From: an uncultured archaeon
GTDB lineage: Archaea; Nanobdellota; Nanobdellia; Pacearchaeales; GW2011-AR1
NCBI GenBank assembly: GCA_903866625.1
Contig: CAIPOI010000005.1
Span: 16,371 to 80,370 of the forward strand
Length of the DNA stretch: 64,000 nt
Reading direction: 5' to 3'
In this document: one piece after another, positions 47,401 through 56,623 of the stretch
Position numbering within the stretch: position 1 is the first letter of the stretch
Layout of the letters: each line of letters begins with the position of its first letter
Translations under genes and position numbers: made by a program
The notes under the pieces: model-generated
What the model was told of the DNA's origin: nothing
The model's database searches: none
Seen by the model: only the letters and a program-made list of their open reading frames with translations

Positions 47401-50231
47401 AACATGCTAGTTCTGCAGAAATGACTTCTGCAGGTTTAGAAGCTTCTGATGTGGATGGAGCAATAACTAATAGAAACACCGCTGAAATAAGTTATGATGG
47501 AAGAACATTTGATCAACTTTCAAAGAGCATACAAAATCAATTAGCAGACCAGTATATTGATTCAAAATCAAAAGTATCTGTAAAAAAAGGAACAGATGGA
47601 AATTGGTATCTTTATACTCTATCTAATAATCTTCAACTATCTAATATATACGATATAAAAAATGATGAACTTTTAAAAAGTCCTAATGGCGTTGACAAAT
47701 TAAAAGGTACATCTAGAGAGTATCTTACAAATGTTATCTTTAAAGAATATGATTCTAAATCTTATAAAAATGCTTGTAAGAATTGTAACTTTATGAAAAC
47801 TTTTGTAACAGAGCCATACAAAGGTATGCCCGCACTTCTTCCTTTTGATGATGTTAATGGTTGGTATGTTCAGGTTAAGCAAGTATATCCAACTCTTGGA
47901 GAACAAAAATCTTATCAGGATTCTGGTAGATTAAACAGCTTTTATCTTTGTAATGTTGGAAAAGATGGAATGATGGATGGTCAAGAAAAAGATAGTGACT
48001 GCAGAAGATTTGATTTTTACACTGGAGATTCTTTAGATAGTTTTAATGGATTGTCTAAAGAAAAAACTCGAGAGGTTGTTACTCAAGCAATAACTGCTAT
48101 ACGTTCGGCACAAGAACAATTAAAGAAAAATCCTTCAGAAATAACTATAAGAGGAATTACCAAGAATAATGGAAAACTAAAAGTTATTGGCTACTCTGGA
48201 AATGACAGTGAAGGAAAATGTACTGATTTTATGTCTGCAGGAGATTGTCAGACTATATTTAATGTGTGTGATCCTTTTGTTTGTCCAAATTCAAGATGTG
48301 ATTTTGGTGGAGAGTATAAAGTAGATAATGTTATTCAATCTGGGCTTGTTGGAAGCACGCTTTTATGCCTTCCTAATTTTATTGGATTTAATAAAGAGAC
48401 AGGAGTAGTTGTTCCTGTTTGTTTAACTGGTATAAATGCAGGATTGCAAGGATTAACTGCTATATTTGAAAGTTATAGAGATTGTTTGAATGAAAGTGTA
48501 AAAACAAATAGAACCGTTGGAATGTGCGACATGATTCAGAGTGTTTATCTTTGTGATTTTGTTTGGAGACAGATTGGACCCTTTGTGGAAGCTATGAGTA
48601 AGAACTTATTTTTGGGATTGTTTGGAAAAGGTGATAGAGGCGGAGCAGAGTACGCATTTACTGCTGATGCTTGGAGTAATGCAGAGAAATCTATGAATTA
48701 TTTTCAGACTACTTATGCAAAAAGTTCAAAATTATCTTTTGGAGTAACTTCTCTTGCTGATGCGGTTGTAAGTGATGTTTGTAAGATGTCTGCTTCTGCA
48801 ACTTATCCTAATGGATTTGATGCTATGTTAGAACCAGAATCGCCTATACAGTTTACTGCTTCATTTGAAGAAATTCCCTTTACTGATGCAACTGTTCCTG
48901 CAACTTCCCAATATAAAGTATTTTATCATATTTATGCTGGAGAAGATTATGGACACTATTACACTGTTTATTTGAAATCTGCTCCAACTTCTTTAGGTTA
49001 TGCTGGAAAAGATAGAACTGTTGTTGCTACCGGTTATGTTCCTAAAGGTGGAAGGGCTACAGATACTGTAGATTATGTGGATGTATCTGGATTTAAGGAA
49101 TTGTGTGTAAGAATAGATGCCCAAGACAAATGTGGATTTAAATCAGTTTCAACTAGTGCTATTTTGAATTATGCTAAAGATAAAGCAGTTCAAAGTCAGG
49201 CAACTACAAGTGTTACAACTGAAAAAGAATGTGTTGCTGGAAGTGCTTCTATTGGTGCTTATCTAACTCCAAATTTACAACAAGGAGTTTCTGAAATGGT
49301 TAATCCTGAATTGTATAATCAAGGAGTTATAAGAGTGTGTGCAAGTGCTAATCCTGGAGAGACTACTGAACCTTCAAGATGGTTGAAAGTAGGATATTGT
49401 GATAATGCTGCTATGGGCTGTTGGTTAGATACAAAAAGTGTAGAGAAAGCGATACAAGGAAAAGGAATAGAAAATGCTACTCTTGATGCAGCTAAGAAGT
49501 TAAGTGAAAAAGATTTAATTGAGAATTATGGTTATTATGGTTCTGAAATTGGTGCAGAGGAGATAAAGAAGTTGAAGACTGTTTATAGTTATCTTATTGA
49601 TAATGTAGATGATAATACCAAGGATTCTTTTGAGAGCATAACTTATCCTACCTCTTTAAAAAATTCAGCAGGTATTGATTATGAAGATAGAACTCTTGAG
49701 AGTATGGATTCTGATTTTGATGCCCTTGAAAAGAAATTAATTGTTTCAAATCAGAAAGCCCAGTTAGCTTTCTTAAGGGCAGAGTTATATGCTAAACTTG
49801 CTAGGGCTTTAATGACTACTGAGAAGCAAGTGAGTGATGTGAAAACAGTAACTCCGAATAGTAATGCTGTTGGTTCTAGTACAAATATTAAACCTACTAA
49901 TGGTTATTCTTTTGATAGTAATGATTGGATTAGGAGCTCTGATAATTCTATTACTAATTTTTATAGGTCATCTTCAAATTCGGGGGGAATTGATGCTCAG
50001 TATGTATTTTTTTGTAAGAGTTTTGAATTAAATCTATTAGTTTCTCGTGTCTGTTTGAATAATATAAGATTGTTTAATGTTGAGAATGGTAAGATCACGC
50101 TTATATCGGGATTGAATTTAGATAGTATAAATTCCATACTTAAGACTACAGAAGATAAGAAGGTTTACAAGGACTTAAATGAAGCTACGATAGATTATCA
50201 AGGCAATATTACTCCAAAGGGTTCTTCTTAA
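44487..50231 (+). CDS. Giant (1914 aa) secreted or membrane-anchored Cys-rich protein
   Basis: N-terminal hydrophobic signal, S/G-rich linker, dense Cys clusters in the C-terminal half. Confidence 0.85.
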   Translation: MCEKKEGRVLAIYLALALLFLSFIFSLSSISAETYTSGFSGTGGSFSEVNTNYFSSYSSSLSSFGGFGSYLSGPQYRATDNSGFFDMEVFIPPLGCQPYVVRSDLLEEQNVPVFCKLTPLKINPGIDITRIENIAVTQKTSNPYVAGVGFYPARAALGSSSKFVNNPTSDNIGYVVVVLKRQATENQMPDNVTVTLSAQLRYGANYAFGIGENEFYLPVMSDSDFANNYKGYSFFDGVGYLRAESINTNSAVIAVYTSDQIKAFSDSIEKGKTSKDIYLPTGTGGQGMRINLKEITVPETKAKIKVNGKYYEVYNGNSFADGKCRISSIASYGAGTGYVSFYCGSEKFTLTKNFGKVKLSFASTSGETNKEYNIGEEILDVSSDFGKHLYPVYIGSISSVGSATEKNSYAVIASSDSILTNDQITNLRVEVSNLVSRISKDSSLGSIVEQISKQSLSGAKLYGVLSGNKIVISSNDIKKTLDITYIGQENNDIKITPSSAEEYYLKAKKYYEYVKSTYSGEINNINNQMDMPWVSTDQQFGADSLWEQYNLASTFNQKQEAKSLLSRIVNDYPTASNKISSTNVKTAQELLNTDDLLSTEGSTDYSKTQDLSFQLVGVERPSEDEASVKIDYTDAKQRLTKVLRKGDVWEIGDERKTKVTLNDFSQTQATVSYKCERKDVSGKTASSPSGQKTLNEKQVMALENCDSQVQISKINLQQVAHVTLTPMVDGRSRETNFTFSIGIEKRADLFKTTPEEANKQIEELNDLINEFKNITDSLGTVIKAGKAACLATSAVINLKNLVSGTEGEATARKQVMTGVWNDICATEVANKKYSSEEECISAKTSDKTIPNEIDAAQKIMSDFNTLDEKSMKEAKDKNGIISNDRAKEAELKPLIEFVKTKNIQVKDEAGNTKDNSYINTQLGKTAEFSYSEVAQVNYNLRMIAVASDKSKEAYQKAAYSILKAVEDRWNSQHASSAEMTSAGLEASDVDGAITNRNTAEISYDGRTFDQLSKSIQNQLADQYIDSKSKVSVKKGTDGNWYLYTLSNNLQLSNIYDIKNDELLKSPNGVDKLKGTSREYLTNVIFKEYDSKSYKNACKNCNFMKTFVTEPYKGMPALLPFDDVNGWYVQVKQVYPTLGEQKSYQDSGRLNSFYLCNVGKDGMMDGQEKDSDCRRFDFYTGDSLDSFNGLSKEKTREVVTQAITAIRSAQEQLKKNPSEITIRGITKNNGKLKVIGYSGNDSEGKCTDFMSAGDCQTIFNVCDPFVCPNSRCDFGGEYKVDNVIQSGLVGSTLLCLPNFIGFNKETGVVVPVCLTGINAGLQGLTAIFESYRDCLNESVKTNRTVGMCDMIQSVYLCDFVWRQIGPFVEAMSKNLFLGLFGKGDRGGAEYAFTADAWSNAEKSMNYFQTTYAKSSKLSFGVTSLADAVVSDVCKMSASATYPNGFDAMLEPESPIQFTASFEEIPFTDATVPATSQYKVFYHIYAGEDYGHYYTVYLKSAPTSLGYAGKDRTVVATGYVPKGGRATDTVDYVDVSGFKELCVRIDAQDKCGFKSVSTSAILNYAKDKAVQSQATTSVTTEKECVAGSASIGAYLTPNLQQGVSEMVNPELYNQGVIRVCASANPGETTEPSRWLKVGYCDNAAMGCWLDTKSVEKAIQGKGIENATLDAAKKLSEKDLIENYGYYGSEIGAEEIKKLKTVYSYLIDNVDDNTKDSFESITYPTSLKNSAGIDYEDRTLESMDSDFDALEKKLIVSNQKAQLAFLRAELYAKLARALMTTEKQVSDVKTVTPNSNAVGSSTNIKPTNGYSFDSNDWIRSSDNSITNFYRSSSNSGGIDAQYVFFCKSFELNLLVSRVCLNNIRLFNVENGKITLISGLNLDSINSILKTTEDKKVYKDLNEATIDYQGNITPKGSS

Positions 50232-50249
50232 AAAATTAATAAAAATATA

Positions 50250-50331
50250 TGCGGGGAAGAGGATTCGAACCTCTGTAGCATGAAGCATCACGGCCTAAAC
50301 GTGACCCGTTTGACCGCTCCGGCATCCCCGC
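50250..50331 (-). tRNA. tRNA-Leu(TAG)
   Basis: TCACG-TT TAG GC-CGTGA; long variable arm. Confidence 0.93.
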
Positions 50332-50538
50332 ATGATAAATATAAAAAATGTTAGTATAAAAAGATAAGCTTTTTGAAACGATAAGTATTATAATTAATAC
50401 TTTTGCTTTTATTTCATAAAAGTATATTTATTAATATTAAGATAATAATTTTCTTAGCGCAAGCCGAGCAGGCAGTTGGTGAGGGTAGAATTTATTTTAG
50501 GGGTATTGTTTAAACTTAAGTTTAATCAGTTTCTATTT

Positions 50539-51321
50539 TTATCCTCTGTATCTTCCAAGAATATCTTCTTGACCAAAAATTCCCAAAGAATATAATGTGT
50601 TTATAAGTTGATTCCCAGTAGTTTGTATTTTTTCATCGAACTTTACTTCCTGATTTCCATAAACTGTTCTTAAAGCAGCTTCAACTCTTTGAGGGCTTGG
50701 CCTGCCCCCCCTTATTAATTGGTCTAAAACTCTTCTTTCAAACCAAGAACGAGGAGTTCTTCCATTAGTGCTTATTGAAGCCCTGTGATAAAAATCATCT
50801 AGGGCTAATATTATGGATAGTGCTTTTTCTTTTTGACTATAGTCAAAAGGTATTGGATTTGGATAAGCGTCAGGTTGCCAAGCATGATGTAATCCTGCAA
50901 TATTGGCTGCTATAGGTTCATTTAATCTTAATAGTAATTCTCTGGCTTTAGTTGGATGAGTCTTTATCAATTCTCTTTCATAAGGCTTTAGGTGTTTTCT
51001 ATCTACGGTCTCTGGATGTTCTATTCTTTCTACATCATGCATCAATCCTGCGATAAATGCATGTTTTCTATATTCTCCTGGAATTCTTAGTAATGAAAGA
51101 ACATCATCGCCTATTAATGGAACTATAAGATTATGTAAGGTTTGTATGTATTTTCCTTGTTCTTTGGTTTTATCTAAGGCGGTAAAGATAAAACTTTGAG
51201 TTATGCCCTTATTAGAGTCATAGGTTAGGCTAGAAAGGGGTACTTTAAGTTCAGTTAAAAGAGCTTTTACTCTGGATTCAAGTAATGCGATGTCTGCCCT
51301 GTATTTTACTGGGATTTCCAT
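50539..51321 (-). CDS. HD-domain phosphohydrolase, HD-GYP-like
   Basis: GLMHDV, IKTHP, LHHAWQPDAYP, LDDFY. Confidence 0.75.
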   Translation of the reverse strand: MEIPVKYRADIALLESRVKALLTELKVPLSSLTYDSNKGITQSFIFTALDKTKEQGKYIQTLHNLIVPLIGDDVLSLLRIPGEYRKHAFIAGLMHDVERIEHPETVDRKHLKPYERELIKTHPTKARELLLRLNEPIAANIAGLHHAWQPDAYPNPIPFDYSQKEKALSIILALDDFYHRASISTNGRTPRSWFERRVLDQLIRGGRPSPQRVEAALRTVYGNQEVKFDEKIQTTGNQLINTLYSLGIFGQEDILGRYRG

Positions 51322-51374
51322 CTTAAAGGCTACTTATCTCTTGTTTTTAAGCTTAACTCTTAGGGGTTTTAGAA

Positions 51375-52328
51375 TTATTCTTTCTTCTTTTTTGCGCCTT
51401 TTTCCTTCTCTAATTTTGTCTCTGCTTCTTTAATCTTAATTTTTTCTTCTAAATCTAATCTATCCAAAAGTTCTTTATACCTGTTTCTTATTGTAACTTC
51501 AGTTATTCCTGCTACATCCGCTACCTCTCTTTGGGTTTTTTTCTCATCATTTAATAAAGCAGCTACATAAAGGGCTGCTGCAGCAATACCTGCTGGTCCT
51601 CTTCCACTTGTAAGCTCTGAGTTTTCGGCTTTTCCTAGTATTTTTATGGCTTCATTTTGAGTTTTTGGACTTAAATGAAGCACGTTTGCGAATCTTGAGA
51701 TATAATCCTTGGGAGAAGAAGGAGTAGATTTGATACCCATTTTTCTTACTATAAATCTATAGGTTCTTCCTATTTCTTTCCTTTCTACATCCGAGGCATT
51801 TGAGATTTCGTCTAGGGTTCTTGGAATATTATAGCTTCTGCATGCAGAATAAATACAAGCAGCAATTACAGATTCCATGCTTCTTCCTCTAACTAAACCT
51901 CTTTGGAGTACAAAATTATAGATCCTTGAGGCTTCGTCTCTTACTACTGGAGGCAGATTTAGGAAAGAAGCTACTCTTCTTAACTCTGACATTGCTAATC
52001 TTAAATTTCTTTCAATAGAAGTTGAAACTCTTTCCTGCCATTTTTTTAATCTTAAGAATTTTCTTGTTTCATCAGTCTTTAATTTGTATATATCTGAAAT
52101 TTCTCCAACATTAGTTGTAAGACCTTTATCGAATTTTTGATCGCTTAATGGCGCTCCACCACGACCTTTTTTTTCTTCACCATCAAAACTGCCTTGCATT
52201 TCTTGAGAAGTATCAACAATTTTTTCTTCAACTACTAAACCACAATCATTACAGATAACTTCGCCCTTTTGATCATCATAATAAAGATGAGAACTTCCGC
52301 AATCAGGACATTTTTTAGCAAGACTCAT
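51375..52328 (-). CDS. tfb: Transcription initiation factor IIB
   Basis: CPDC...CNDCG zinc ribbon, GLVRGRS, VTIRNRYKEL. Confidence 0.97.
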   Translation of the reverse strand: MSLAKKCPDCGSSHLYYDDQKGEVICNDCGLVVEEKIVDTSQEMQGSFDGEEKKGRGGAPLSDQKFDKGLTTNVGEISDIYKLKTDETRKFLRLKKWQERVSTSIERNLRLAMSELRRVASFLNLPPVVRDEASRIYNFVLQRGLVRGRSMESVIAACIYSACRSYNIPRTLDEISNASDVERKEIGRTYRFIVRKMGIKSTPSSPKDYISRFANVLHLSPKTQNEAIKILGKAENSELTSGRGPAGIAAAALYVAALLNDEKKTQREVADVAGITEVTIRNRYKELLDRLDLEEKIKIKEAETKLEKEKGAKKKKE

Positions 52329-52430
52329 TGGTGTTTTAAAGCGAGGATTAAATTTATAAAGAGATAATAGGGTTTGGGTTTATAAAGCTTTGGGTATGTT
52401 TGGGATTTTGTCGACGAGGAAGAAAAGGTG

Positions 52431-52760
52431 TTACTTTTTCTTTTTAATAAGGTATATTATCAATCCTATAATAATAAGTAGCCCTATAATTGATATTATT
52501 GAGAGCATATTATCTTTGAAAGTTTGAACTATTGATTTTTGGCAGGTAAAGTTAATTTGGTATTGAGCACACCAACTAGCAGCTTGAGTCCTGTTAGCTT
52601 CAGAAAGGGAGTAATTGCATATATAATTATTTGTACAATAATAAGCTTTAAGGTTATTGATAGTATTATTTACAAGAATATCACTTTCAGCATAAATAAT
52701 AGGTAGAATACAGATTGAAATAATTAATAGAAACGATAAAAACTTTAATGATTTATTCAT
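52431..52760 (-). CDS. Small surface protein with C-terminal TM anchor
   Basis: Signal peptide, 4 Cys, TM followed by KKKK. Confidence 0.65.
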   Translation of the reverse strand: MNKSLKFLSFLLIISICILPIIYAESDILVNNTINNLKAYYCTNNYICNYSLSEANRTQAASWCAQYQINFTCQKSIVQTFKDNMLSIISIIGLLIIIGLIIYLIKKKK

Positions 52761-52794
52761 TTTTAAAATAATCTTTTAGGATTAATAAATCTTT

Positions 52795-53157
52795 TTAATC
52801 AATCAAAACTGCATTAACTGAGCCTTCTTGGCTTGGTCTATTTGTTATTCTAGCTTTACCAAGTTCTGTATCAATAATAGCTCCTTTAATAAGAATATTT
52901 TGTCTTGCTAAGAAACGATTAGCATGAGTTTCTATAACATTAGTTATCTTTGCTTTTTTTGTCTTGCCTTTTTTATCAGTAATATTTGCAATATCTGTAG
53001 AAAGCAAAACTTCTTTTTCATTACCACCCTTTGTTCTAAGAACCTTTGATTTTCGCTGTCTTAATTTTACAATCCTAGGAATACCTGGTGCTTCGTGAGC
53101 TTTGCTCTTACGATTAGCATGATATTTTCCGCCAGAGATTTTTCTTCCTTTATTCAT
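52795..53157 (-). CDS. rps8e: 30S ribosomal protein S8e
   Basis: SGGKY, RTKGGN, GKARITNRPSQEGSVNAVL. Confidence 0.96.
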   Translation of the reverse strand: MNKGRKISGGKYHANRKSKAHEAPGIPRIVKLRQRKSKVLRTKGGNEKEVLLSTDIANITDKKGKTKKAKITNVIETHANRFLARQNILIKGAIIDTELGKARITNRPSQEGSVNAVLID

Positions 53158-53272
53158 AAAACTCTTATAAAAAGTTCATTTAAATACCTTTCTCTATTCT
53201 TTTTTTAAGAATTTTTACAATCTTATTTTTCATTATACATAACTTTAAAAACTAAAAACTATGCTAAGATTT

Positions 53273-53512
53273 ATGGCAAATGGAATTGAAAGACCCTTAG
53301 ATATGCTTAATGCATCTAAAGGTAAAGAAATTTTATTGCAGCTCAAGAACGACAAGCAAGTTGTCGGAACTCTTGTAGCGTTTGACATCCATATCAATTT
53401 GGTGTTAGATAATGCTAGAGAACTTGAAAACAATGAAATGAAGAAGAAATTAGGTCTTGCTTTTGTAAGAGGAGACACAATAATCTACATTTCACCTGCT
53501 ACAATAAAGTAA
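53273..53512 (+). CDS. Sm-like (LSm/SmAP) protein
   Basis: RPLDML, GTLVAFDIHINLVL, VRGDTI. Confidence 0.93.
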   Translation: MANGIERPLDMLNASKGKEILLQLKNDKQVVGTLVAFDIHINLVLDNARELENNEMKKKLGLAFVRGDTIIYISPATIK

Positions 53513-53644
53513 GATTAAAAAAGAATAAACCAAGCGTTTTGCTCTTAAATTCGCTGAGCATAATTCTACGCGATTAAAAGATAGCTTGAGCTTTGTTAAG
53601 TCTATTATATAAATCTTTAAAAATAATTTTTATTCTTTCATAGA

Positions 53645-54052
53645 ATGTACAGAAGAAATCTTTTTGTCTGCCAAGGAAATATTGATAGAAGTAAGGCTGG
53701 AGAATTAATTTATTCTCAGATGTTAAAAGAAGCAGGGTTTAAGGTTGAAGATTTTTTTAGTATTAGGGATGCGGATTTTTATGTTGGTTCTGCAGGTATT
53801 CAGGTCTCTGCAGAAGCAGAATTTAATGGTTCTGTTCAGTTGGATTGGAGAATGATTGAAGCTGCAGATAGGGTTTTTTCTATTGATGAATCTATAACTC
53901 TAGTTTTAGTAAAAGATTTTTCAGCAAGAAGAGAAAGAACTGTTCAGTTGGATATTCCAGATGGAAGAAGTTTATTGATTCCTGAGCAAGCTGAAAGTTT
54001 GTTCAGAGAGTTTAGAGAAAAGTTGAGAGGTTATGTTCCGCATAGATTATAA
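53645..54052 (+). CDS. Low-molecular-weight phosphatase (LMW-PTP/ArsC fold)
   Basis: FVCQGNIDRS, SAG, LDIPD. Confidence 0.82.
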   Translation: MYRRNLFVCQGNIDRSKAGELIYSQMLKEAGFKVEDFFSIRDADFYVGSAGIQVSAEAEFNGSVQLDWRMIEAADRVFSIDESITLVLVKDFSARRERTVQLDIPDGRSLLIPEQAESLFREFREKLRGYVPHRL

Positions 54053-54258
54053 TCCTCTGCACCTACTATTTGATTATTTAGCACGCTCCAATCTTGATAT
54101 ACTTTTTGTTGATGAGGGTTATGTCCTAATTTTAGTTCTTTAGCTAACTCTTCTGTAACTTGTTGAAAGATATCAGAACTCATAGTTGTTACTTTTACTT
54201 TTGTTAAATTAATTCCAAGTTTTGCTAGTTGTTCTAAAAAATTATCTGTTTTTGCCAT
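54031..54258 (-). CDS. Hypothetical protein
   Basis: 75-aa ORF directly after rnz. Confidence 0.45.
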   Translation of the reverse strand: MAKTDNFLEQLAKLGINLTKVKVTTMSSDIFQQVTEELAKELKLGHNPHQQKVYQDWSVLNNQIVGAEDYNLCGT

Positions 54259-54259
54259 T

Positions 54260-55165
54260 CTAAACCCCTATACTCATTAAATCTTCAGCAACAATTGTAT
54301 TCTTAAACTTTTTTTTGGCTTCTTTTAAGATAAGTTTTTCATTGCCATCATATCTCTGGCTTAGATGTGAAAGATAAAGCTTTTTTGCTCCTGCTTTTTT
54401 TGCAATTTCTCCGGCTTGTTCTGCTGTAAGATGTTCATGCAAACTTGCAAGATCTTTCTCATCATTGAGATAAACTGCTTCACTAATTACTACTTCAGAA
54501 TCTTTAGCTATTTTATGACAGTTTTCAACTAGCTTAGTATCCAGAATAAAACTTATTTTTTTATCTTCAGTTTTATAAATAATATCTTTTGCTTTAATTT
54601 TTTTACCATTAAATTCAATATCCTTGCCTTGTTGTAATTGGCCTATTAAAGGAGAGTTTGGAAGCTTGAGCTTTTTTAGTTTGGCTCTATCTAATCTTAT
54701 CTTTCCTTTTTCAACAAAAGCATAAGCATTGCAAGGGATTGAATGTTGAAGTGGGCTAGACTCGAGATAAAACTCTTTATTTTCAAAGAACTTGCCCTCT
54801 GAAACTTCTTGAACAACTATTGGAATTTTATTATAGGGGACTAAAAGTTTTATTAATTCATTTAAGTCTTGTTTTGTTCCTTTTGGGCCATAAACATAGA
54901 GAGTTTTTGAATAAGCATTTAGTAATAGTGTTTGAAGTAATCCCGCAATTCCAAGAATATGATCGCCATGCCAGTGAGTGATAAGTAATCTTGTTATCTT
55001 GCAAGGATTTAAGTGTGCTTTTCTAAACTGTCTTTGTGTTCCTTCTCCACAATCTACTAAGATATTTTCACCAGCATATTGAAGCAAGATAGAGGTGTGA
55101 TTCCTCTTGGCAGTAGGAATTGCTTGACTTGTTCCTAAAAAGGTTATATTTATTGGCGTTGGCAT
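54260..55165 (-). CDS. rnz: Ribonuclease Z
   Basis: FLGTS, DCGEGTQ, THWHGDH, HLSQRY; start MPTP preferred. Confidence 0.95.
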   Translation of the reverse strand: MPTPINITFLGTSQAIPTAKRNHTSILLQYAGENILVDCGEGTQRQFRKAHLNPCKITRLLITHWHGDHILGIAGLLQTLLLNAYSKTLYVYGPKGTKQDLNELIKLLVPYNKIPIVVQEVSEGKFFENKEFYLESSPLQHSIPCNAYAFVEKGKIRLDRAKLKKLKLPNSPLIGQLQQGKDIEFNGKKIKAKDIIYKTEDKKISFILDTKLVENCHKIAKDSEVVISEAVYLNDEKDLASLHEHLTAEQAGEIAKKAGAKKLYLSHLSQRYDGNEKLILKEAKKKFKNTIVAEDLMSIGV

Positions 55166-55278
55166 GTTTTTCTTTAATCTGTTTAATCTATACTTATATT
55201 CTGGAGAATATAGTTTATAAATTCTTTTCAAGGTAGAATAGGTAATTTTATATAGCTTCTTTTTTTAATTTATTAGAA

Positions 55279-55353
55279 GCACCCGTAGCTCAGCCCGGAT
55301 AGAGCACCAGCCTTCTAAGTTGGGGGTCCAAGGTTCAAATCCTTGCGGGTGCG
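55279..55353 (+). tRNA. tRNA-Arg(TCT)
   Basis: CCAGC-CT TCT AA-GTTGG. Confidence 0.94.
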
Positions 55354-55356
55354 TAC

Positions 55357-55428
55357 GCACCGGTGGCACAATGGTACTGCGTCCGCCTGCAGAGCGGATT
55401 TTCGGGAGTTCGATTCTCCCCCGGTGCT
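55357..55428 (+). tRNA. tRNA-Cys(GCA)
   Basis: TCCGC-CT GCA GA-GCGGA; U73. Confidence 0.94.
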
Positions 55429-55446
55429 TCTAGGAGAATCGAAGAA

Positions 55447-55522
55447 GAGTTCGATTTACTTCAATTTGAAAGCGGAAAATTGAAGTATCAGAAAATTTAA
55501 TTTTCTGAGTCCCCCGGTGCTT
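55447..55522 (+). repeat. Duplicated tRNA-Cys 3' end interrupted by a 53-nt double hairpin
   Basis: GAGTTCGATT (55447-56 = 55406-15) and TCCCCCGGTGCTT (55510-22 = 55417-29). Confidence 0.7.
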
Positions 55523-55622
55523 AGTAGTTTCTCTTTTAGAAAAAGAGAAGCCCACACTAAGAGAAAACTAATTTTACTATTATTCTGAAAAAATTTGAAC
55601 GTCTTAGAAACTAATTATTTAT

Positions 55623-55856
55623 TTAATCATGCGTATCTAGATTAAAAGTTGCTCCACTGAAGCTTATAGCTTCATGAAGTCTATCTGCAAGATGCATAAC
55701 TTGCTCTTTGGTTGGCTTTTTATTTCCCCAATCATAATAAAAATCTACTGGGCCTAACGCAATTTTAAAACCTAATTTTTCTACTTTCTTTGCTACTTCA
55801 CTTGGTTTTACTACGCCAGTTCCGAAATACATAACTAAATAGGTTTTCCATACCAT
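55623..55856 (-). CDS. Hypothetical small protein
   Basis: 77-aa ORF with globular composition. Confidence 0.65.
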   Translation of the reverse strand: MVWKTYLVMYFGTGVVKPSEVAKKVEKLGFKIALGPVDFYYDWGNKKPTKEQVMHLADRLHEAISFSGATFNLDTHD

Positions 55857-55932
55857 ATTTAATATAATACTTTTTAGTTTATAGGCTTTTCTGTATACAA
55901 ATATATTTAATTCTATAACTAGTTAATGATAA

Positions 55933-56328
55933 ATGAAACTCACACAAAAGGGAAGATTTTGGATTTGGGATGAAGAATCTCGGGAAGTAGATTTAGCTAT
56001 ACTTGATTTACAAAGGTTTTACAAGGATAAGGGGTTAAGTATATGGGGCTCTAGTCAATGTGAATGCTGTGGCGCGTGTTGTTATAAATTTGGAATTTTG
56101 CCATTGGGAAAATCTCAGTATAAGAAATGTGAGTTTTTACATTGTTCTGATGAAGCTGAATGTGATGTGCATGGAAGAAATAAACCTCACTGTTGTAAAA
56201 TTTATGGCTGTTGGAGCAGAAATTTTAAAATGGGAACTGATGCTGAAAGATTACAACTAATAAGAATTGCTATTGATATTCTTCATACAAAGAAAGAAAA
56301 AGACTTGCTTGAGCTTATAGGTAGATGA
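55933..56328 (+). CDS. YkgJ/CxxCxxCC-family Zn- or Fe-S-binding protein
   Basis: CECCGACC...CEFL...CDVHGRNKPHCCKIYGC. Confidence 0.75.
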   Translation: MKLTQKGRFWIWDEESREVDLAILDLQRFYKDKGLSIWGSSQCECCGACCYKFGILPLGKSQYKKCEFLHCSDEAECDVHGRNKPHCCKIYGCWSRNFKMGTDAERLQLIRIAIDILHTKKEKDLLELIGR

Positions 56329-56533
56329 TTCTCTAATTTTTGTAATGCTTTAGTTAAACAGTATAATTTTACTTTAGAGTTAAAACAAAACTTGATGCCC
56401 TTTACCGATGCTGAGGGTGTAGACATAAAGTTTTTTAGTACAATCTATTGCATACTTTTTAAGTTTAATTTATACCTCAACTGGAGTATAACTCCCCCAA
56501 AATCTCCTTTTATTTGAGAGATTAGTTAAGTAA

Positions 56534-56613
56534 GTAGTACCTAATAAATCAATATAACATTAATTAGGCACTACCTAAACACAAGGCTTAAATAGTTGGT
56601 TGTAGTGCCTAAT
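56534..56613. promoter_or_regulatory. Three 12-bp GTAGTRCCTAAT boxes (forward, reverse, forward) around the glyS TATA box
   Basis: 56534-45 GTAGTACCTAAT; 56563-74 ATTAGGCACTAC; 56602-13 GTAGTGCCTAAT; CTTAAATA at 56587-94. Confidence 0.75.
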
Positions 56614-56623
56614 ATATACGACG

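Noticed and set aside
42452..50331. tRNA-anchored genomic island
   Set aside because: No integrase and no att duplication noticed; composition looks like the flanks.
56534..56613. Mini CRISPR array
   Set aside because: The repeats are 12 bp, in mixed orientation, and no cas genes are present.
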